Assembly: GCA_030141605.1 (NCBI GenBank)
Contig: JAQGDQ010002513.1
Location: 1 to 14,814 of the forward strand
Direction: 5' to 3'
Length of the DNA: 14,814 nucleotides
From: Tubiluchus corallicola
Taxonomy: Eukaryota > Animalia > Priapulida
The position numbers and the translations under genes were made by a program. Positions 1 to 7,679 of this stretch are shown one piece after another. Position 1 is the stretch's first letter. Every line of letters starts with the position of its first letter. The notes beneath the pieces were generated by a model. It did not search any database. It saw nothing but the letters and a program-made list of their open reading frames with translations, and had not been told where the DNA came from.

Positions 1-1
1 T

Positions 2-1753
2 AATGATGAACAACACTGCGTCCATTCTAAAGAAAAATACTGTGCTCCTGTTATTGTTGAAGCTCCTAAGTTAGATACAAATAAATCTGTTAGCAGCGAT
101 GGTCAGGATAGTATTATCTTTCCTAAAGAAAATGTTAAATACACCATTGAAATAAACAACAATACTCACATTAATGACAGTAACGTAATTGTTACTGATA
201 ACATTAAAGGAATTACCAATAATAACGGAGAAACCATCTATAAAAACATTACTATTGAAAGTATTATTGATAAAAATGGTAACTCTATTGTCTATACTGG
301 AAATATTGATGATAATAATGATACTATTAATATTAATGAAATTAAAGCTTACAATAAAGCTGTTATTACTATTAAAGCTACTGTTAAAGAAGACCTTACT
401 TTCAACGAAGGAGAAATCATTGAAAATGTGGTTTATACTAATGAAAAACAACACTGCGTCCATTCTAAAGAAAAATACTGTGCTCCTGTTATTGTTGAAG
501 CTCCTAAGTTAGATACAAATAAATCTGTTAGCAGCGACGGCCAGGATAATATTATCTCTCCTAAGGAAAATGTTACTTACACTATTGAAATAAGCAATAA
601 TACTCATATTGATGACAGTAATGTAGTTGTTACTGATGATATTAAAGGGATTACTAATAATAACGGAGAAGCTGTCTATAAAAACATTACTATTGAAAGT
701 ATTATTGATAAAAATGGTAACTCTATTGTCTATACTGGAAATATTGATGATAATAATGATACTATTAATATTAGTGAAATTAAAGCTAATAATAAAGCTG
801 TTATTACTATTAAAGCTAAAGTTAAAGCTAATGTTACTTTCAATGAAGGGGAAGTTATTGAAAATATTGCTTATACTAATGATGAACAACACTGCGTCCA
901 TTCTAAGGAAAAATACTGTGCTCCTGTTATTGTTGAAGCTCCTAAGTTAGATACAAATAAATCTGTTAGCAGCGACGGTCAGGATAATATTATCTCTCCT
1001 AAGGAAAATGTTACTTACACTATTGAAATAAGCAATAATACTCATATTGATGACAGTAACGTCATTGTTACTGATAACATTAAAGGCATTACTAATAATA
1101 ACGGAGAAGCTGTCTATAAAAACATTACTATTGAAAGTATTATTGATAAAAATGGTAACTCTATTGTCTATACTGGAAATATTGATGATAATAATGATAC
1201 TATTAATATTAATGAAATTAAAGCTTACAATAAAGCTGTTATTACTATTAAAGCTACTGTTAAAAAAGACCTTACTTTCAGCAAAGGAGAAGTCATTGAA
1301 AATGTGGTTTATACTAATGAAGAACCACACTGCGTCCATTCTAAGGAAAAATACTGTGCTCCTGTTATTGTTGAAGCTCCTAAGTTAGATACAAATAAAT
1401 CTGTTAGCAGCGACGGTCAGGATAATATTATCTCTCCTAAGGAAAATGTTACTTACACTATTGAAATAAGCAATAATACTCATATTGATGACAGTAACGT
1501 CATTGTTACTGATAACATTAAAGGCATTACTAATAATAACGGAGAAGCTGTCTATAAAAACATTACTATTGAAAGTATTATTGATAAAAATGGTAACTCT
1601 ATTGTCTATACTGGAAATATTGATGATAATAATGATACTATTAATATTAATGAAATTAAAGCTTACAATAAAGCTGTTATTACCATTAAAGCTACTGTTA
1701 AAGAAGACCTTACTTTCAACGAAGGTGAAATCATTGAAAATGTGGTTTATACT
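2..1753 (+). repeat. Four tandem near-identical 438-bp (146-aa) intragenic repeats; the array probably continues upstream of the window
   Basis: Unit starts at 2, 440, 878 and 1316, with the next (diverged) unit at 1754. Units 3 and 4 are identical over roughly 890-1245 vs 1328-1683 by visual comparison. Confidence 0.95.
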
Positions 1754-4700
1754 AATGAGAGACCACATTGCTATGATGGTGAAAGAGATTTAAGAATTCC
1801 TAGTGATCATATTAATTATTGTGTACCTGTATTTATCAAGTTACCAAACTTATATACTACTAAATCTGTTACAACTTCCATAAATAATGATAATATTATT
1901 GTCCCTGGTGAAAAAGTAATCTATACAATTGAAATACTCAATAAAAGTATTAGTACCAACGCTCGTAACACTACATTGACTGATAATATTAAAGGTATTC
2001 TTAACAGCAGTAAGGAAGCTATTTTTGAAAATATTACTATTGAAAGTATTGTTGATAAAGACGGTAATTCTATTACTTATACTGGAAATATTAATGACAG
2101 TAGTGATACTATTATTATTAATGAAATAAAGGCTGATAATAAGGCTGTAATTAAAGTTGAGGCTACTGTAAAGCAAAATATACATTTTTATGAAAATGAA
2201 ATTTTTGAAAATGTTGTATACACTAATAAAATGGCTAATTGTGATATCAATAAAAATGATTGCGCTCTAATTACAATTGATAAACCTAACCTCATTACCA
2301 CTAAGTCTGCCAAAACCTCTATTAATAATGATTTAGTTATTTTTTACGGAGAAGTTGTTACTTATACAATAGAAGTTGAAAATTTTAATAAAAATATAGA
2401 CGCTTTAGATGTTTCTGTAATTGATGATGTAAATGGAATTAAAAATCAATCTAATGAGCTTTTATATGAAAATATAAATATTGTTAGTGTAAAAGATCAA
2501 AGTGAAAATGATTTAAATTATACAGGTAGCATTGATGAGGCCTCTGATAAAATCATAATTGATAATATTCCCGCAAGCAGCAAAGCAGTTATAATAATAG
2601 AGGCGACTGTTAGGTACAATTTAACATTTAATGACGGAGAGGTTATTGAAAATATAGTTATTACAGATAAAAAAGTTAACTGTAATATCAATGAAGAAGA
2701 CTGCGCTCCTGTAACTGCAGAATTTGCTCCTGTTATAGGCTATAACAGTGTTACTACATCTATTAATAATGATAACATAGTAACATTAGAAGAGATTGCA
2801 ACATACCGAGTTGAGCTTAGAAATAATAGTACTTTTATTAATGCTAAAAATGTTAAGCTAGAAGATGATATTAACGGATTAACAAATATGAGAGGAGAAA
2901 AAATATACACTAATATTAAAACTGTTAGTGTAACATACCAAAATAATTTACAAGCAAAAGCTAAAAGTGAGTCTTCTGCTAGCCCATTTTCCATGTTAGC
3001 TTCTTTTAACTTAAGTACAAACACAGTTAATTCCTTTACTAATGGAAGCCCTTTAAGTTATAAAGGATCAATTGATGATAATAGTGATGTGCTTTATATT
3101 GATGAAATACCTGCAAATTCAAGTGCTGTTATTCTTATAGCTGCAGTTGTTAAACCTAATTTAAATTTTAGAGATGGCGAACTTATTGAAAATATCATAC
3201 TTACTAATGAGACTCCAGACTGTGATATTGATGCTGAAACTTGTACTCCTGTAACTCCAGAGCCTCCTACTATTGTTACTAAAAAATCAGTAACTACTGA
3301 ATCTGGTGATACAATAGCCTCTTCTTCTGAAAAGGTTACGTATACTATTGAAATATTTAATAAAAGTACTTTAACTGAAGCATTTGATATTGTTATAGAA
3401 GATGATGTTAATGGAATTAAAAACCAATCTAATGAACTGGTATATGAAAATATAAAAACCATCGGAGTGTTTAACAGCTCTAACGCCCCTATAAATTACA
3501 CAGGTAGCATTGATGATAATAATGATACATTAGTTATAGACAGCCTATTACATCTAGAAAAAGCCTTTATAATTCTAGAAGCAACAATAAAAGAGGAACT
3601 TAATTTTATAAACAACGAAACTATAGAAAACTATGTAAAAACTAATAAAAGAATTAACTGCACAGTGGCAACAGAAGATTGTGCCCTAATTACTGTTAAA
3701 AATTTGAAAGAAATGAAATTATACAAAGAAAGTATAACTAAAGAAGCTCAAGTTGGAGATTTTGTAGATTATCAGTTAACCCTTACTAATAACTCTAATG
3801 TGTCTGAGGATAATATTTATATTAAAGACCATATTCCTGCAGGGTTTGGCTATGTGGCTAATTCAGCTAAAATTAATTCAAATAGTAAGAATAAAGACAT
3901 ACTAGTTAGCGGAACAAATACTTTGCTTATCGGACCATTTAGCATTTCTTCAAGTGAAACATTAGATATTAGATATAAACTAAAAGTAGGAATAGGTGTC
4001 TCTTCTGGAAAACACACCAATACTGCTATCACCATAGATAAAACAGGTAATAAAAAATCAAACGTTTCAGAGTCTGTTGTTACTATAAATAATAACTCAT
4101 TTTCTAATGAAACTTTCATTAGTGGCAAAGTTTTCCATGATAGAGATCAGGATGGTTACCAAGATGAAGCCATTGCTAAAGAAATACTAATTAAAAGTGA
4201 TAATATAAAAGGTGGAAGTATAAAAATAGTTTCTCATATTAATGGAGAGAAAGAAGTATTAGATAAAATCAACTCAGTTAAAGATACTATTTTTATTGAG
4301 CATTTAAAAGGGACATTTATTGGTCAAAAAAATTCTAATAAGCACAAAGTTGTTATCGAGTCAAGACTAAATTCTAAAAAAGATATAAGTGATATAGAGG
4401 TAACTACAAAAGCAGGAAGTCATATTATATTAACTAAATCTGGAAAAACTATAAAAAAACATAAAGGCAAAAAATTAAATGGCCTCTGTGCAGAAGAAAT
4501 TGTCATTGAAAGAAATATTTTCAAAAATACAGACGGTCTCATGCAAGAAATTATCATTTACAATAACGGAATACAAGAAGAAGGAATCCCTGGAGTTAAG
4601 TTAGTTACAGTAGATGGGTTAATTGTAGAAACAGATTCATATGGAAGATATCATATTGCTGATGTGAAAACAGATTTTGATAGAGGAGTAAACTACATAG

Positions 4701-5104
4701 TTAAAATAGATTCTACAAGTTTACCTCAAAGATCCATATACACTACTGAAAATCCTAGGGTTAAAAAAGTAGGAACTATCTCAGAAAAATTTAACTTCGG
4801 AGTAAAACTTCCCACTAGAAAAATTAGATTAAGGGAAAATACACTCGAAATAAAATTAGATGACATCTTCTTTGATACAGATAAAGATAGTATTAGAGAT
4901 AATCAAAAGGAAAAGTTAAGTGAATTTATTAAGGAAATAAAAAATTATGATCAAGGATTAATCACTATTGAAGGTAATAGTGATAGCAGAGGAAGCGATA
5001 AATACAACCTAGATCTCGGAAAAAGAAGAGCTGAAACTATAAAAAGTGAAATAATCAAAAGTTTAGGAATCAATCAATCTGAAAGAGTTCATATTGATCT
5101 TTAA
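2..5104 (+). CDS. Large repetitive cell-surface protein, 5'-truncated by the window: tandem DUF11/isopeptide-type Ig-like domains, SdrD-B-like module, C-terminal OmpA-like peptidoglycan-binding domain
   Basis: The frame of ORF 428..5104 stays open back to base 2 (NDEQHCVHSKEKYCAP...), so the listed GTG start at 428 is internal. Repeated 'L.T.KSV...II.P.E.VTYTIEI.N...V.VTD.I' motif is DUF11-like. 'ISGKVFHDRDQDGYQD...EEGIPGVKLVT..GLIVETDSYGRY' is SdrD-B-like. 'IFFDTDKD.I...IEGNSDSRGSDKYNLDLGKRRAETIK' is OmpA_C-like. Confidence 0.85.
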   Translation, partial: NDEQHCVHSKEKYCAPVIVEAPKLDTNKSVSSDGQDSIIFPKENVKYTIEINNNTHINDSNVIVTDNIKGITNNNGETIYKNITIESIIDKNGNSIVYTGNIDDNNDTININEIKAYNKAVITIKATVKEDLTFNEGEIIENVVYTNEKQHCVHSKEKYCAPVIVEAPKLDTNKSVSSDGQDNIISPKENVTYTIEISNNTHIDDSNVVVTDDIKGITNNNGEAVYKNITIESIIDKNGNSIVYTGNIDDNNDTINISEIKANNKAVITIKAKVKANVTFNEGEVIENIAYTNDEQHCVHSKEKYCAPVIVEAPKLDTNKSVSSDGQDNIISPKENVTYTIEISNNTHIDDSNVIVTDNIKGITNNNGEAVYKNITIESIIDKNGNSIVYTGNIDDNNDTININEIKAYNKAVITIKATVKKDLTFSKGEVIENVVYTNEEPHCVHSKEKYCAPVIVEAPKLDTNKSVSSDGQDNIISPKENVTYTIEISNNTHIDDSNVIVTDNIKGITNNNGEAVYKNITIESIIDKNGNSIVYTGNIDDNNDTININEIKAYNKAVITIKATVKEDLTFNEGEIIENVVYTNERPHCYDGERDLRIPSDHINYCVPVFIKLPNLYTTKSVTTSINNDNIIVPGEKVIYTIEILNKSISTNARNTTLTDNIKGILNSSKEAIFENITIESIVDKDGNSITYTGNINDSSDTIIINEIKADNKAVIKVEATVKQNIHFYENEIFENVVYTNKMANCDINKNDCALITIDKPNLITTKSAKTSINNDLVIFYGEVVTYTIEVENFNKNIDALDVSVIDDVNGIKNQSNELLYENINIVSVKDQSENDLNYTGSIDEASDKIIIDNIPASSKAVIIIEATVRYNLTFNDGEVIENIVITDKKVNCNINEEDCAPVTAEFAPVIGYNSVTTSINNDNIVTLEEIATYRVELRNNSTFINAKNVKLEDDINGLTNMRGEKIYTNIKTVSVTYQNNLQAKAKSESSASPFSMLASFNLSTNTVNSFTNGSPLSYKGSIDDNSDVLYIDEIPANSSAVILIAAVVKPNLNFRDGELIENIILTNETPDCDIDAETCTPVTPEPPTIVTKKSVTTESGDTIASSSEKVTYTIEIFNKSTLTEAFDIVIEDDVNGIKNQSNELVYENIKTIGVFNSSNAPINYTGSIDDNNDTLVIDSLLHLEKAFIILEATIKEELNFINNETIENYVKTNKRINCTVATEDCALITVKNLKEMKLYKESITKEAQVGDFVDYQLTLTNNSNVSEDNIYIKDHIPAGFGYVANSAKINSNSKNKDILVSGTNTLLIGPFSISSSETLDIRYKLKVGIGVSSGKHTNTAITIDKTGNKKSNVSESVVTINNNSFSNETFISGKVFHDRDQDGYQDEAIAKEILIKSDNIKGGSIKIVSHINGEKEVLDKINSVKDTIFIEHLKGTFIGQKNSNKHKVVIESRLNSKKDISDIEVTTKAGSHIILTKSGKTIKKHKGKKLNGLCAEEIVIERNIFKNTDGLMQEIIIYNNGIQEEGIPGVKLVTVDGLIVETDSYGRYHIADVKTDFDRGVNYIVKIDSTSLPQRSIYTTENPRVKKVGTISEKFNFGVKLPTRKIRLRENTLEIKLDDIFFDTDKDSIRDNQKEKLSEFIKEIKNYDQGLITIEGNSDSRGSDKYNLDLGKRRAETIKSEIIKSLGINQSERVHIDL

Positions 5105-5139
5105 AAAAAAACTCTCCATATAAATATGGAGAGCTTTTT
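5103..5139. terminator. Bidirectional intrinsic terminator between convergent genes
   Basis: Inverted repeat CTCTCCATAT (5112-5121) / ATATGGAGAG (5124-5133), with an A-run before it and a T-run after it. Confidence 0.85.
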
Positions 5140-5177
5140 ACTTATTAAAGTAAACTATTTGATTATTATTTGAAATT

Positions 5178-6050
5178 TTAGTCATTTTCCTTCCATCTGT
5201 TGTGCCCCCATAAATACTGAGTTGGGTTTTCTTTTATAATTTTTTCAAATTCATTAAACATCTTTTGAGTATTAAATTCAATCGATTCTTTTATATTTCC
5301 TTTCTCTTCTAACATAAGTTCATCTGAAAAGTAAGCCCTAGATTTGTAGTTTTCATCTATTAAGTTGTAAGATATAATTATTGGTATTTTATATTTTATA
5401 GCAAAGTGCATTGCTCCGCTAGGTGCAATTGTTTCTTTATTAAAGAATTTTACTCTGGCACCTTTTTCTCTATGATCACTTACAAGGGCTATTATACCTT
5501 TTTTGTTTTGTATAAATTCTCGCATTACTTTAGCAGCACGCCTTTCCCTTTTTACCAATTCTATGTTTAATCCTCTTCTTTGGTCATATATATACTTATC
5601 AACATATGGGTTTTTTTGTGTAAAAGCAGTTGTACATATATCAAAATACTTACTAAGTCCAAGTGAAGATTCAAAATTTCCAAGATGTAGGGTAGAGATT
5701 ATTAGTCCTTCTTTTTTAGCTAATATATCATTTACCTTATCTTTTTCCTCAGTTTCAAAATAACCACTATCAATGTATTCTTTTAACCAAAGCGTTGTTA
5801 AGAAAGATGTTGACATTTTTTTATACGATTTTATCGCTATCTCTTCTACTTCTTTTGCTGATAAATCTGGAAAAGCAAGCTTTATGTTTTTATTTGCAAT
5901 TTCTCTTCTTTTTTTCAATATTTTATATACTAAAGTGCTTATATTTTCTCCTATTTTGTACCTTACCTTCATGGGGAGTAATTTTAAGATAAATATTAGC
6001 AGTCTAAGAAAAATATATTCTAAAAAATATTTTAACTTTTTCCTATTCAT
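5178..6050 (-). CDS. Lipid A biosynthesis late acyltransferase (LpxL/HtrB family, lysophospholipid acyltransferase superfamily)
   Basis: N-terminal hydrophobic anchor, catalytic H-x4-E motif HLGNFE, 'QKNP..D..I...R', 'LVSDH', 'FFNK' and C-terminal 'PTQYLWGHNRWK'. The specific paralogue (lpxL/lpxM/lpxP) cannot be assigned by eye. Confidence 0.88.
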   Translation of the reverse strand: MNRKKLKYFLEYIFLRLLIFILKLLPMKVRYKIGENISTLVYKILKKRREIANKNIKLAFPDLSAKEVEEIAIKSYKKMSTSFLTTLWLKEYIDSGYFETEEKDKVNDILAKKEGLIISTLHLGNFESSLGLSKYFDICTTAFTQKNPYVDKYIYDQRRGLNIELVKRERRAAKVMREFIQNKKGIIALVSDHREKGARVKFFNKETIAPSGAMHFAIKYKIPIIISYNLIDENYKSRAYFSDELMLEEKGNIKESIEFNTQKMFNEFEKIIKENPTQYLWGHNRWKEND

Positions 6051-6053
6051 ATA

Positions 6054-6968
6054 TTATTTCACGTAAGTTAACCAGCTTTGATCTAATACTTTTTTTCCAT
6101 GTACTATATCAAAATACAGCTTTTGAATTTCATGTGTAACTTTGTGCTCCCCATGTCCAACTAATATTTTATCTACAGAAGCTATAGGCGTGACCTCTGC
6201 TGCTGTTCCTACAAAGAATATCTCATCTGTTATATAGAGCATTTCTCTAGGAATTGCTTTTTCTTCTACTTTATAACCTAAGTGTTGCGCTATTTTTATT
6301 ATTGTATCTCTTGTTATTCCTGTCAATATAGATGAAGATGCAGGAGGTGTATATATAGTTTCTTTATCTACTAAAAATATATTTTCCCCACTACCTTCAC
6401 TCACATTTCCAAAGTAATCTAGCCCTATTCCTTCTCCATATCCATTTTCCATTGATTCCAATCTAATTAATTGAGATCCTAAGTAATTTCCTCCAGCTTT
6501 TGCCATAGTTGGAAGAGTGTTTGGAGCTAGCCTTCTCCAAGATGATACCTGTACGTCAATTCCATTTTTTAGAGCATCTTCTCCTAAATATGCTCCCCAG
6601 TTCCAAGCTGCTACTGCCACTTCCACTGGAGAATGAATTGGTAGAACTCCTAATTTTCCATAGCCTCTAAATACTACTGGCCTTATATATGCACTTTTAT
6701 AATTGTTAATTTTTAATACATTTAGTATAGCTTCTCTTATTTCTTCTCTTGAATAAGGGACTTTGGTTCTATAAATCTTTGCAGAATTAAAAAGTCTTTC
6801 TATGTGTTCGTCTAATCTAAATATTGCAGGTCCATTAGCAGTATCATATGCCCTTATTCCTTCAAAAAAACTACTACCATAATGTACAACATGAGATAGT
6901 ATATGAATATTTGCTTCATCGTGTTCTACTAGTTTTCCATTAAACCATATTTTTCCACTGTCTATCAT
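6054..6968 (-). CDS. ilvE: Branched-chain amino acid aminotransferase (PLP fold IV)
   Basis: [44 protein letters not shown], catalytic-lysine motif [38 protein letters not shown] on the minus strand at 6976-6980. Confidence 0.95.
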   Translation of the reverse strand: MIDSGKIWFNGKLVEHDEANIHILSHVVHYGSSFFEGIRAYDTANGPAIFRLDEHIERLFNSAKIYRTKVPYSREEIREAILNVLKINNYKSAYIRPVVFRGYGKLGVLPIHSPVEVAVAAWNWGAYLGEDALKNGIDVQVSSWRRLAPNTLPTMAKAGGNYLGSQLIRLESMENGYGEGIGLDYFGNVSEGSGENIFLVDKETIYTPPASSSILTGITRDTIIKIAQHLGYKVEEKAIPREMLYITDEIFFVGTAAEVTPIASVDKILVGHGEHKVTHEIQKLYFDIVHGKKVLDQSWLTYVK

Positions 6969-7004
6969 TATATCCCCTCCAAATTAAATATTTATTTCTT
7001 TTAA

Positions 7005-7034
7005 ATTATATCATAACACATATAATTTATACAA
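7005..7034 (-). promoter_or_regulatory. Putative sigma70 promoter for ilvE-acyltransferase
   Basis: Minus strand reads TTGTAT (7034-7029), 18-bp spacer, then TATAAT (7010-7005) preceded by TGn (extended -10). Confidence 0.55.
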
Positions 7035-7037
7035 TCA

Positions 7038-7061
7038 CATAATTATTTATAAATAATTATG
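7038..7061. promoter_or_regulatory. Perfect 24-bp palindrome, candidate operator
   Basis: CATAATTATTTATAAATAATTATG is its own reverse complement and lies just upstream of the putative ilvE -35 element. Confidence 0.4.
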
Positions 7062-7679
7062 AATTTTTCTCTTAAATTTACAGTAAGTCACTTAAAATAC
7101 ACATTGGTTAACTATAAATTAATAATATTGCTTTTTTGGTAATCATTTTAAATACTTCTTTTCAACTAGAGTTATTTATAGTTTTATAGTATTTTTATAC
7201 ATATTCATACTTTCTTTAGTTTTTTCTAGTTATTTTTTTGCTATTATTTCATTTGAGTTTTTATTTTAGCCTCTTTAGGTTTATAAAAAATATATTTTGC
7301 CATTTTTTCATTACTAAACATTAATATTTTTTTCTATTTTCACTTAATTAGTTTACAAGATATAAGTTTCTTCTCTACTGAAGTTATTTTTCTTTAATTG
7401 CCTATTCTTATACTACGCTCATCTTTTTGATGTTTCCTATTGCTTTTCCTTAATTATTTTGGGAGGCACTAATAAGCTTTTTAGTCTATTAAATATTACT
7501 TAGTAGATTACTAAAACAGTAATTCATATTAATTATCTTTTATATCAGCTATATTTGTTAAATAGTTTATGGTAATGTATTTATAAAACATATTCTTTTT
7601 AGTTTTATAGTTTAATTTTTTTATATATCGTCACTGTCAAAATAAATAAAAAAAAACAACTTTGTATTTGATCTAAAAA

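Noticed and set aside
2-1753. CRISPR array or diversity-generating retroelement template/variable repeats
   Set aside because: Units are 438-bp in-frame coding repeats without spacers. Differences are not confined to adenines, and no cas or reverse transcriptase gene is in the window.
71-2185. Repeating antisense ORFs (71..463, 509..901, 947..1339, 1385..1768, 1850..2185) and alternate-frame + ORFs (189..512, 627..950, 1047..1388, 1485..1793)
   Set aside because: Shadows of the 438-bp coding repeat and its biased codon usage. Low-complexity Asn/Ile/Phe or Leu/Ile/Lys products with no recognisable family.
6055-6070. parS-like sequence TATTTCACGTAAGTTA at the ilvE 3' end
   Set aside because: Five mismatches to TGTTTCACGTGAAACA; only one half-site resembles parS and it is not palindromic.
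7244-7321. 25-codon minus-strand ORF MFSNEKMAKYIFYKPKEAKIKTQMK as an ilvE leader peptide
   Set aside because: No SD, no Ile/Leu/Val run, no attenuator hairpin, and it lies upstream of the likely ilvE promoter.
7495-7523. Short inverted repeats (TTAGTA-GAT-TACTAA) and a TAGTAG run as possible DnaA-trios
   Set aside because: Too short to be significant in such AT-rich DNA; no extended trinucleotide run next to a box was found.
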